A DNA stretch of 64,000 nt from Eledone cirrhosa (Eukaryota): assembly GCA_964016885.1 (NCBI GenBank), contig OZ024740.1, positions 286,688,001 through 286,752,000 of the forward strand, written 5' to 3'. This document shows, one piece after another, positions 12,487 through 24,039 of the stretch. The position numbers and the translations under genes were made by a program. Numbering within the stretch: the stretch's first letter is position 1; each line of letters begins with the position of its first letter. The notes beneath the pieces were generated by a model, which ran no database searches, was not told where the DNA came from, and was given only the letters and a program-made list of their open reading frames with translations.

Positions 12487-12620
12487 CGAAGGAAATATGG
12501 TAAAGAACCAGGTGGATCATAACGCACCAAAGTACTCAATACTTAGGGTAGTAGAGTGGGTAATAGGAACGAGTAGGACCCCGACGGCTTGAGCTCAGCC
12601 GTCGGGGTCCTACTCGTTCC

Positions 12621-12698
<78 letters not shown>

Positions 12699-12912
12699 CG
12701 AAGGAAATGTGGTAAGGAACCAGGTGGACCATAACGCACCAAAGTACTCAATACTTAGGGTAGTAGAGTGGGTAATAGGAACCAGTAAGACCCCGACGGC
12801 TGAGCTCAAGCCGTTTCGACGGCTAATTCTGGACTTTTTTTTTTTTTTTTTTAGTCCAGAATTAGCCGTCGAAACGGCTTGAGCTCAGCCGTCGGGGTCT
12901 TACTGGTTCCTA
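12485..12912. repeat. Two tandem fold-back units containing the 3' half of a hammerhead
   Basis: Palindromes at about 12563-12623 and 12776-12912. GAAAC-GGCT-TGAGCTC-AGCC-GTC at 12871-12893. Units are separated by (TA)n. Confidence 0.65.
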
Positions 12913-13063
12913 TATATATATATATATTCATTATTTCAGCAAAACAAGACCACAAATTTCACAAGGAAGACATTATTAAAAGATTGTCAACATATTTTAG
13001 TTTGATGTAAGGAATGTAGAGAATAATAATAATAATAATAATAATATTAATAATAATAATGTC

Positions 13064-13188
13064 CGTTTACAATTGTTTCGCTACTCCGTATAATATTTCT
13101 GGATCAAATGACTATGTATCATAATTGATCTGGTTCAGTTGAAAATAATTAACATATTTAAAAAAAACAGAGTGACTCATCGGAACAT
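13064..13188 (-). ncRNA. Hammerhead-like motif with variant CCGATGA core and long stem II (inverted pLTR of PLE A)
   Basis: Minus strand reads GTT-CCGATGA-GTCACTCTGT...ACGGAGTAGC-GAAA-CAATTG-TA-AAC. Confidence 0.5.
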
Positions 13189-14214
13189 AAATTAAAATAA
13201 TGTTACATAATATAATGTTCCATATATTAGTTTTTACTATGGTGCCTTGGTTTCATCAGCTGTCAGCCATAATCAAGTAATACTCATCTGTCGAGGCTGC
13301 ATTGTGTGAGATCTGCCCATGGGTAACAAGATGGCTGCCAAAGGGCATATTTACCTTACTAATTAGAGGGTGGTTTCAGGGGAAGTAACTTCTCGAGAGA
13401 TTAGAGATTGTGTGTATTTTATAGTTATGTGCTAGTATTTAAATTATTTAATTGAGAGACAATGTAGGGGAGGTAACTTATAATTATCGAGTTGTTCATA
13501 GCAATTTAACTTATTTACCACCCTTATGTACCAACAACCCCAAGGTTCTCTCTCAAGGACCACAAGCCAAAATTTATAGAGAACCCATCCATTAGACTCA
13601 TAAGCCCAACCACATCTGACCTGGGCCGCATCAGTAAGAACATCATTGATAGGATAATCCCTGGTGATATAGGATAATCCCAGGTGATATTTCTAGGTCT
13701 ATTCCTTCTAGGGGTTCTAGTGGAGTTGGTAGGGGCCTTCCTAGGGTTATTATTACCTGGGGGTTTGTTATTTGTCATCCCATTTCTCATTCCTATTCTA
13801 GGGTTGATTCTTAGTTTGCTACTAGGAGTGGGGAGCTAACCGCTGCCACCACTAAAGTTCGCTGTATAGGTGCTGTCACTGCTAAAATTCCGGCGAATCT
13901 GGCTATATGCTAAGGTATTTCTAGTTCTAGTGTTAAGTTTATTATGGTGAGTTGCTGTGTTATGGCATTTTGGTATGTAATAAATTGATTGTTTATAACC
14001 AGATTCAGAGAGAGCCTTATTATAATATTGTGCGTGATTTATAAATATCTCTTCATTTGCTGATAGCATTGAGATCCTATAGGAGATAGATTTGATTACT
14101 GCTCTGATGACTGCCGGTGGGTGGTTAGAGTGTGGGCTAATATATGTGAGTATTTCGCCTGGTTTATGGTAAAGGTTATAAAGGTTATTGTTGAGATCAA
14201 GGGTGACGTCTAGG

Positions 14215-16176
14215 AAGGTTCTCTTTCAAGGACTACAAGCCAAAATTTATAGAGAACCCATCCATTAGACTCATAAGCCCAACCACATCTGACCTGGGCC
14301 GCATCAGTAAGAACATCCTTGATAGGATAATCCCTGGGCTACGGGATGATACCACCTACAAGTTGTGGTCCAACACCAGCCAAGTCATCAGATGGTTCTC
14401 CGATCTAAGGTCCAAGCAATCTATGAGGTTCATCCAATTTGTTATAGACAGCTATTACGCGTCAATAACCCCGGAACTGCTCAACAAAGCACTAGCCCTA
14501 GCCACCACCAACTCGGACATAACCAATAATGAGATTAACATCATACTCATGGCTAGGCAGACTATCATTGAATTCAACGGAGCACTCTGGACTAGAAAAG
14601 ATAGAACAGACAACTTTGACATTACGATGGGCTCAAGTGACTCCGCGCAAATCACTGATTTGGTTGGGATTTACCTATTACGTAACATCAGAGTCGAAAT
14701 CCAACCCATGCAAGGTGGAATATACAGGGACGACGCCCTATTTGCAGTCCACAATTGCACTAATCGGGGAATCTCGATTTGCTTAAGAAACAATTTCATA
14801 GATTCTTCAAAAATAACGGTCTCTCTATCACCATCGAGCTGAACCATAAAGTAGTAAACTTCCTAGACGTTACCCTTGATTTCAACAATAACCTTTATAA
14901 CCCTTACCATAAACCAGGCGAAATACTCACATATATTAGCCCACACTCTAACCACCCACCGGTAGTCATCAGAGCAGTAATCAAATCTATCTCCTATAGG
15001 ATCTCAATGCTATCAGCAAATGAAGAGATATTTATAAATCACGCACAATATTATAATAAGGCTCTCCCTGAATCTGGTTATAAACAATCAATTTATTACA
15101 TACCAAAATGCCATAACACAGCAACTCACCATAATGAACTTAACACTAGAACTAGAAATACCTTAGCATATAGCCAGATTCGCCGGAATTTTAGCAGTAT
15201 CAGCACCTATACAGGGAACTTTAGTGGTGGCAGCGGCCTGCTCCCCACTCCCAGTAGCAAACTAAGAATCAACCCTAGAATAGGAATGAGAAATGGGATG
15301 ACAAATAACAAACCCCCAGGTAATAATAACCCTAGGAAGGCCCCTACCAACTCCACTAGAACCCCTAGAAGGAATAGACCTAGAAATATCACCTGGCTTA
15401 ACCCACCATTCTCATCTAATCTAGCCACTAATATCCCCAATCGTTTCTTCTCTATCCTATCCAAACACTTCCCCCCTAACCATAGATATTACAAACTCTT
15501 TAATAAAAACAACATTAAAATCTCATTCTCCACAACACCTAACCTAGCTAGCCACATCGCGTTCAGTAACCATCATAAGCTAAGACAGTATAACTCCCAC
15601 ACCGCGGTACCACCACCCCTATCAAATACACCACGCCACTACACTAGTGATTACTCTAGTAGCACACCTCCCCCATCTAATCCTTCTAGCACGGACCAAC
15701 TGCTTAGGTTAAATAACCCTACTCTCACTAACCGCAGAAGCAACTGCAACTGCCGGTACCCCAATGCATGCCCATTAAATGGACACTGCCTGACACCCAA
15801 CATAGTCTATAGGTGCACAGTTGAGACTGCTTCGAATACCAGCTCTTATATCGGGTCTACCTCTAACCCTTTTAAGGTACGCTATAACGCGCACTCTTTT
15901 TCCTTCCGAGACCCTAGCAACAGATGTTCGACATCGCTAGCTAGGCTCATTAAAAACCTTAAATTAAACAAAGTTCAACACTCACTAAAATGGGATATCG
16001 TAGCTAGGGCCCAACCGTTCAATGGACGAAGGAAATCTTGTGATCTCTGTGTTACGGAAGCATATTACATAACTCTATCACGACCTCTACCAATTAACGA
16101 TAGAACGGTGGTAACCATTAGCTGTCAACATCGAAGGGCTAATTCCTTCGCCAATAGAGTTTTAGACCCAACTTAG
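14215..16176 (+). pseudogene. PLE reverse transcriptase + GIY-YIG endonuclease, 5'-truncated, one frameshift near 14770-14790
   Basis: RT motifs MGSSDSAQITDLVG, GGIYRDDALF, VNFLDVTLD and SNHPP. Then ITWLNPPFS, CNCR..CPLNGHC, SYIGSTS, FKVRYNAH and CDLCVTE. Confidence 0.9.
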
Positions 16177-16543
16177 TCATGTAGCCCCATCTCTAATTGT
16201 AGCTAATAAGTTAAATTGCTATGAACAACTCGATAATTATAAGTTATCTCCCCTACATTGTCTCTCAATTAAATAATTTAAATACTAGCACATAACTATA
16301 AAATACACACAATCTCTAATCTCTCGAGAAGTTACTTCCCCTGAAACCACCCTCTAATTAGTAAGGTAAATATGCCCTTTGGCAGCCATCTTGTTACCCA
16401 TGGGCAGATCTCACACAATACAGCCTCGACAGATGAGTACTGCTTGATTATGGCTGACAGCTGATGCAACCAAGGCACCATAGTAAAAACTAATATATGG
16501 AACATTATATTATGTAACATTATTTTAATTTATATTCCTTTGA

Positions 16544-16677
16544 GTTCCGATGAGTCACTCTGTTTTTTAAATATGTTTTTTTAAATATGTTAATTATTTT
16601 CAACTGAACCAGATCAATTATGATACAGAGTCATCTGATCCAGAAATATTATACGGAGTAGCGAAATAATTGTAAAC
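16544..16677 (+). ncRNA. Hammerhead-like motif in the 3' pLTR of PLE A
   Basis: GTT-CCGATGA (16547)-GTCACTCTGT...ACGGAGTAGC-GAAA-TAATTG-TA-AAC. Confidence 0.5.
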
Positions 16678-17033
16678 GGACATTATTTTTATTAATATTA
16701 TTAATGCACTGGGTAATTACTGGCCTTGTGCCTAAAGTAGAAACAATTATTATTATTATTCTCTACATTCCTTACATCAAACTAAAATATGTTGACAATC
16801 TTTTAATAATGTCTTCCTTGTGAAATTTGTGGTCTTGTTTTGCTTAACTAATGAATATTTCCAGCTCTGCGCACCTAACCTCTGCATGAACCCAGCCACC
16901 TAGCTGCTTTCTACTGCATATTGCACATTGAGCACATGCCTTTACGTTTTGGCTTCTAACTAACTCACCAATCTTTCCTCTCATATCTCTTCTACTATCT
17001 CCATCTCTCTCTTTAAGATTGATTACTCTTGAA

Positions 17034-17087
<54 letters not shown>

Positions 17088-17329
17088 GTGTACAATCTGT
17101 GAACGTAGAAGTAAATATTTCGAAAACCGTTGCAATCGAAGGAAAACAGGAAGACGATACTTTGGTTCGTGAAGACGTTCCCTGGCAATGAACGGAAAAA
17201 AACGAAGATAATACGTCGTTATGTAGGGCGGTCAGAACAATTACACGCAAAGACAAAACCACGTTTATGGTATAAATGGAGTCATTAGACTAATATTCTA
17301 TTTAGGAAACCGAATGATTCTCGGCTTCG

Positions 17330-18024
17330 GTGTTAAAAATAATGTAAATAAATTAGTTGAACGAAAATGGTTATTAAAATCATAAAAGTAAAAATAATTA
17401 AATGTATACATACATCAATATACGTCATACACGTGCATACGCAAAAACACACGTTATGAATGCATATATCTGCACGTACGCATAAACACGCGCGTACGTA
17501 CGTCAACCGGCGCGACACATGTACCCGCACACATACGAACGTATACACCAAATACATATATAAATATGTGTGTGTGTGTGTGTGTGTGTGTATACATATA
17601 ATTATATATACATATAAAAATATATACGCATAAATGCGTATATAACGAACACACACACACATACCTACAGGTAAATACACATATGTTCACCAAACATACA
17701 TATACCAAAACCCTATGTACATATATACATGCCATACATACGTGCAATCACACATACACACTCATACATGCCCATATATACCCATATACACATATACACA
17801 CATATACATATATACATATATAAATGTACATATACATACATACGTACACGCATACATACATATACATAAACACCCACATATATATATAAATATCTATATG
17901 AATCCACACACACAATTCAAATATAACACACGTACATACACATACATGTATACCCGTACATCCACACACGCACACACCCACGCGCGCACACACACACACA
18001 CGCACACACACACACACACACACG

Positions 18025-18057
<33 letters not shown>

Positions 18058-19870
18058 TTATACACACACACACACACACATATATACAATATACACAAAA
18101 TAAACATAAATATACACAAATACATATATACACACATACACATATACACACATATACGCATACAAATATACACGCACAAACACGAAATACACATATGCAT
18201 ATAACCATATACACACATACCAGTATATATAATATATACGCCATAACATATACAAGCATATATACGTACGAGAAACTATACGTTCCTCCGCAAACATACA
18301 AGTAAGGTATACTTACCTATACAACTAAGTAATGGTATAAACATAAAATATACTTAGCTACCACATCACGACGTAAATTATCCGCGTATTGTTCGTACTA
18401 TCCGTTAGGGTATAATGTGGAGCTGTAATACAGGAAAGTTTTATGCAATTTGTGTTTACAAGCCGAAATTGCCTCAGATTTTTTGTTTAAGATGTGATCA
18501 TTGGCGTAGAGTATTTCCAGGGCTTCAGCGATGCAAATATCACATGGTCTTTTATTTCCGCTATACGATCTAGCTTTAACTAGGATCTCCCAGTGTAACT
18601 TATATTGGGTGTGGTTGTCTTTGAGACTCCAGATATAAGCTGAAAGTGATGTCATGTTCCTTCTTAAAGGGTTAAGAAAAGAATGGGTGTGCATGTAAAG
18701 ACGCTGCTTGAATCTATTGGCGGTTAACTCTATGTAGGCCCTACGGGACGTGGGTGTGTCGACCTTACATTTGTAGACAATGTTACTGGAGAGGCATTTC
18801 CCGGATAGAGGGCAGTCAACCCGATTCCTACAATTACAGTTAGTACTAGCTACAGGGTTGCACGTGTCACTACGGCTAGGTAATTTAGCTAAATTTGAAG
18901 CAGTGATGTTGTGTGGAAAGTTAGCAGTCGTGGAGTAAGATATTTTAACGGTATTACTATTAAAAATGTTATTACATTTATGTGCTGAGGGGAAATGCTT
19001 CTTAATAAGGGAGAGAAAGATTTTAGCTAATGGTGTGGCCATCTCTATATTATATGGTGGGTTATACCATATAATGCGTCGGGATCTATTTTTCCTAGGT
19101 TTATGCTCATACTTAGTATATGCTACCTTATCGACAAATCCACTCCGAGCAAGAGCTTCATTGTAATATGTAGAATGGTCCGTGAAAATATGCTCGTTTG
19201 TAGAAAGACGAGAAAGCCTCAAAGAAACGTTTCTTACCAGGTTCTTGGTTATGCTGGCAGGATGGTTAGAATGCTTACTGATGTAATTAAGCGTATCATT
19301 CGGCTTTCTATACGGGTAGTGCAAGCCATTCGACAAATTGAGGGTAATGTCGAGGTAGTTTACGACCGAAAGGTTAGCCTCAACCTGTATGGAGAGGTTG
19401 AAGCCTTTAAAGAAAGCTGTGAGTTCTTTTCTAAACCTGTCGCAAGCGCGGGGACCGCACTTTGTCATGGTCAAAGACCGTCATCGCAGTATGGGCCTCC
19501 GCCTACATTAGGGAATTCTTCCTTGATAAAGAAAAGAAGGAAAAGGCCGATAAGATCTGTAATCTCCGCTGAATCGCTAGCGCCCATACTTACGTCAAAT
19601 GGGGTACTATTAGATTTTTTTTATCCAAATAGAGTCGTTGAAATTAATCACCGACTTACGGGCATTGAGGATGACATCAACTTCGAAATCCTTAACCACC
19701 GTGAGTGTTTTAGCAAAATTGATAGCTCTAAGAAGAAGTAGTAAAGTGATGGAAGAGTAGTAATTGTTGATGTCGAATTGGATAAAACGGCAATGTTCCT
19801 TGTTGCATATGCCATTGAACCAATCAGTCACCGCGAAAGAATTATTCCACAGTGCAAGAGAGGCCAAGCT
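17330..19870 (-). mobile_element. Penelope-like element B, 5'-truncated, with TG-microsatellite 3' UTR
   Basis: Frameshifted RT pieces FIQFDINNYYSSI and PYCDDGL. ORF 18398..19474 has VNYLDITL, SNHPA, IIWYNPPY, CNCRNRVDCPLSGKC, FKQRLYMH and CDICIAE. Confidence 0.88.
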
Positions 19871-20099
19871 TCTAATTTTAGGTATAATTTAATGTAATGG
19901 TTACAGAACGAAAACACTAACAAATATAATATATACAAAGGAAAGGGAAAAGAAAAAAAGAAAGAGAAAAATACACAAGCAGGTAATACACACATCTTAG
20001 ACCACATAAAATAAAATGCAGACGAAAGAGTGGACAAACGAACCGCTACCAGAGCAAAAGATAACAATATAGCGAGAAGCACTGAGAAACCTCTCTAAT

Positions 20100-20525
20100 A
20101 ATTGTTTAGGCAAGCCAGCACGCTCGCAGAGTTACCTGGGGTGATGGTGAGGCTGAGGTGCTGGAACAACCAAGTGACCTCACGAACATCACCAGTTTGG
20201 CGAGCCGCCAGTGAAGATAAGAATCTCGCTGTCAGTAGCCCGACTCCCCCAAACGTCTCGAACGCCACAGGCTGGATAATGTAGTTAGCTGACAGAACCC
20301 GGTATTTTAAGATTTTGTTCCGTTCAGCTGCGGATGGTGTAGCTCTCGTCCTTACCTCTGCATCCAGAATGTGGGAAGAAGCAAAAGAGTAACTAACTGT
20401 GACGTCCCAGGTAAGGTACCTGCCTCTTGACCAGGAACACAGAGTAAGACCGTCAAGTCTTTTCCCATCAATTCAGGACAACCCAGGCGGTTTCAAAATT
20501 GAGGGGATGTTTGCCCGGGCCAAAC
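20100..20525 (-). mobile_element. CRE-like non-LTR retrotransposon, restriction-like endonuclease fragment
   Basis: Minus translation gives DGKRLDGLTLCSWSRGRYLTWDVTV and FQHLSLTITPGNSASVL. Homologous to 53796-54230. Confidence 0.65.
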
Positions 20526-20689
20526 CTCTTGAGTGGTAATAGGACAGTGTGTGTATGTGCGCGCACGTGAGTTTGTCTGCGTTCTTAAATTAGAGACACG
20601 TGTGTGTGTGTCACTGTTTTTAAGTTAGACATATATATGTCTGCATCCCTTTCCTTCCTTTTACACACACATGCATTCACACAAACACA

Positions 20690-21372
20690 TACGATGGACG
20701 AGTGGACAGAAGTCCCTCAAATTTATATACATGTGAATGGAGTTCTACTGAAGCAGTTAGAGAAGTTCAAGTATCTTGGAGCCCTTTTCATGAGTGATAG
20801 AATGCAGGAGGCTGAATTAAGTGCAAGAATTACAGAAGCCGATGCAGTAAAGCGCCAGCCTCAGCAATCAGATGAAGTGGGGTAGATGTAAAAGCCAAAG
20901 TCGCTGTCTTCCTGGTATTCCTGCCAACTCTTACCGAGGATCATGAATCTTGAGTAATGACCAAAAGAATACAATTGCAAATAAAAGTGGCAGAAATGGG
21001 ATTCCCCCGAAGGGTCTTTGGGGTAACGTTACTCGATAAAGTGCATAGCTCAGAGACCAGAGAGTCACTCCTGGTAGAGCCGCTACTTCTCCGAATTGAG
21101 AGATCACAACTCCGATATTATGAGCATGTGGTAAGAATGTCTCAGTAAAGAATCGCTGGACACATTTTACAGGCAAAACCAACCGGCAAGAGACCCAGAG
21201 GTAGATTCTGAGCAAGATAGTTGGATAACATCCATGAGTTTGGCTAGTCACGCTTTGGGATCCTGCTGGATAAGTTACAGATGTTTGCTACTGACAGACA
21301 CGCTGGAAGGAGTGTTTGAGAAGGACTCTTCCCCCACGATCATCTCAGAAATGAGTGGGTGAAGAAGAAGAT
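20690..21372 (+). mobile_element. RTE-clade LINE 3' fragment
   Basis: FKYLG, AEMGFPRRV and LLRIERSQLRYYEHV motifs, with a (GAA)n tail. Confidence 0.75.
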
Positions 21373-21618
21373 ATTGTCAATTTACATATATCTATATGCA
21401 TATATATTTGCGTATAATACCAATATGCACACTACATATGCTAGCAGAAAACCGCACGATGGGCGGTTTTTCTGCTAGTATATATTATATATATATATAT
21501 ATTAGGATTGGTGCTCTGAAATAGCGATGTATACATGAATGTATGCATAGTATATTTAAAACATTTTGAAGACCTTACGCTATCATTTTTAAAGTAGTCA
21601 CTACGTCACTTACTTCTT

Positions 21619-21703
21619 TTCGGCGAAAGAAGGCAGAGAAGCTAACAGTCTGTTTCATGCTGTTGGCAATCATCAGAGCTACGTACTACCCTCTTCCGCC
21701 GAA
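21619..21703 (-). ncRNA. Type I hammerhead with extended stem I
   Basis: Minus strand reads AGCT-CTGATGA-TTGC-CAACA-GCAT-GAAACAG-A-CTGTT-AGCT. Distal helix TTCGGCGGAAGA/TCTTTCGCCGAA. Confidence 0.7.
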
Positions 21704-21850
21704 ACGGTATATACTATGCATACATTCATGTATACATCGCTATTTCAGAGCACCAATCCTAATACTTAATTTTTTCTGGACCAGCAATCGCTCTGTATAA
21801 TCAGCTCCTGATTATTGCTGGAATTCTATAAGAATCCAGCTTCTATAATC

Positions 21851-21934
21851 TTCGGCGGAAGAGGGAGTACGTAGCTCTGATGATTGCCAACAGCATGAAA
21901 CAGACTGTTAGGATCTCTGGCTTCTTTCGCCGAA
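21851..21934 (+). ncRNA. Type I hammerhead with partly disrupted proximal stem I
   Basis: CTGATGA at 21877 and GAAAC at 21897. The 3' strand reads AGGAT instead of AGCT. Confidence 0.55.
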
Positions 21935-22036
21935 AAGAAGTAAGTGACATACTTTAAAAATGATAGCGTAAGGTCTTCAAAATGTTTTTAATTAAACATA
22001 CGGTATATTGCCAAATATAGTATGCATACATTCATA

Positions 22037-22374
22037 TCTATATATCTAAAACAGAGAATGTATGTCTGTCTGTCTGTCTGACTCCCTAAAACTCGAGAAC
22101 CACCCAACTGATTGTTTTCAAACTTTACACATGTAATACTTATGGTCGTGTGAGTGTTTTGAGCAAAAAGATTTTCAAATTTTCAATGTCCTAGGGATCG
22201 CATTAGACGATTTAGCAATCTCTCTATAATTCTTAGTTTTTCTTTTTAGATAGATACATAGCTACAACGTCGCGCCCTTATAATATCTGTCTGTATGTCT
22301 GGCTGTCTGCATTACGACATTATGACGCTACCTGTGTGTGTGTGTGTGTGCGTGTGTGTATGCATATATAGTGT

Positions 22375-22416
<42 letters not shown>

Positions 22417-22704
22417 TGTAACGTTTTTCGAAATATTTACTTCTGCGTTCACAGATTGATTTTTTAGTTTCAGAAGATCCCGTTAAGGGTGAAAGCAGCG
22501 ATTCTTTGCTTAAACGTTAATCTGTTATTTTAATATATATATATATATATATATAATTATATATTCGTGTACAGATATTTTTGCATACACAATAACAAAA
22601 TATAAACAAACATATTTATTTCACGAGGCTCGATAAGGATAAATATGTATCAAATATATAAGAACCCTAGAGCAAATCCCGAGCAAGCCGGGCCATTCTG
22701 CTAG
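22037..22704 (+). mobile_element. Intact non-autonomous Helitron, family B (668 bp)
   Basis: 5' TC, 3' hairpin plus CTAG, inserted between A and T with no TSD. Confidence 0.8.
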
Positions 22705-22999
22705 TATATATATATGCCACCATTGAAAGCAGGCTTTAAATGATGATATGTGTTTATATTTAACATAAAATAGTAGATAAACATGACTACTTCCCCTTAG
22801 TTTTAATGTTCATACTACTGACTATGGAAAATTCTTCAGATTGATATGATGTGAATAAAGGTTTTTCTCTTGTATTAAATGAAGTATGTTCCATGAAACT
22901 GAAAATCATAGAAAAACAGTCATATTTATCTACTATACTACAATAAATCACTGCTATATAATTACTAAATACAATCTACTAATTATTCTTACTTTTCTT

Positions 23000-23050
<51 letters not shown>

Positions 23051-23053
<3 letters not shown>

Positions 23054-23261
23054 ATATTAATAAATGGAAACTATATTTATAAAACCATAATTATTTTATT
23101 ATATATATTTCAAGGGCGACCAATTATGGTGCGCTTTCATCAGATAAAATACACATTTGTTTTATAAATATTAATATATTTTATATATTTACTCCACTAA
23201 TCTGTTGAGTGCTTTATATCTGTTATAAAAATGTTTAAGCTTGTTGAATCCCAACAACCTC

Positions 23262-23264
<3 letters not shown>
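23051..23264 (-). mobile_element. Short internally deleted copy of the PLE remnant at 25801-27583
   Basis: Both termini match 25801-27583 in reverse complement. Confidence 0.7.
23092..23151 (-). ncRNA. Type I hammerhead ribozyme
   Basis: Minus strand reads TATTTTAT-CTGATGA-AAGCGCACCATAATTGGTCGCCCTT-GAAA-TATATA-TA-ATAAAATA. Confidence 0.72.
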
Positions 23265-23320
<56 letters not shown>

Positions 23321-23325
<5 letters not shown>

Positions 23326-23655
23326 TGTATATTCAATAATATAGTGTATGTTTATTTAAAAACATTTTGAAGGCCATTCGCTATGAATTTTAAGATAGTG
23401 ATTAACGTCACATACCTAACTTCGGCAAAAGCAAAGGGGAGTAATCGACGGTCACTGTTTCTCACTTGTTAGTGGCTGTCAAGACTACATACCTCTTTGC
23501 TTTTGCCAAAAACTATAGAAGCTGGATTCTTATAGAATTCCAGTTATGTTTATGAGCTGTTGAAACTCATTTGCATATAAAGCGGTTGCCGGTCAGCATC
23601 AATTAGAAATTTGTATTGGTGCTCTGAAATAGCGGTGTATATATGAATGTACATA
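23321..23655 (-). mobile_element. Retrozyme-like monomer, 322-bp family, decayed hammerhead core
   Basis: ATGAATGTA at 23321 and 23643. Minus strand reads GTAGTC-TTGACAG-CCAC-TAACAA-GTGA-GAAAC..GTC-GATTAC (23441-23488). Distal helix GGCAAAAGCAAAG/CTTTGCTTTTGCC. Confidence 0.7.
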
Positions 23656-24039
23656 TTGTATATTATATATAATTATATCTTTATATATACAGAGTGGGCA
23701 ACCAAGACTACACCAGTGTGTATATAAACATACACATATTTAATATGTAGGCATGTAAACATGCTTGAAAATATGAATTTCCTTGTAAATTGAGAAAAAG
23801 ATAAACACCTTTAATCAATTTTCACGTGTAATTGGACCCTCATCTGAGAGCCTGTATATCTTCCAAACAACCACAAAGAAACATGTATCTGATGGAATTA
23901 CATACCCATTCACCCGTAGCATTTTTTCTGAAATGGACCCACTAATTTGCATATAATTAGCACTTATGTTGGTATGTGTGTGTGTATGTATATATATATA
24001 GAAGTAGTAACACAATAGTTAGTTCACCATACCGAAAAC

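Larger units (their letters stand above)
12930..16845 (+). mobile_element. Penelope-like element A with inverted 5' pseudo-LTR
   Basis: 12930-13515 is the reverse complement of about 16200-16845. These arms flank an RT/GIY-YIG ORF. Confidence 0.9.
21501..22036. mobile_element. Retrozyme-like element, 306-bp family (inverted partial copy plus one monomer)
   Basis: 21501-21703 is an inverted copy of parts of the plus monomer. TATGCATACATTCAT recurs at 21715 and 22021. Shares sequence blocks with the 310-bp array and has one HHR per arm. Confidence 0.8.

Noticed and set aside
17190-17330. Hammerhead at the 3' end of PLE B
   Set aside because: Only CTAATGA on minus is present, with no matching GAAA or stem III.
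17333-18305. YIYI/HTHT/VCVC ORFs here and at 6.7-7.3, 10-12 and 33 kb
   Set aside because: These are translations of dinucleotide microsatellites.
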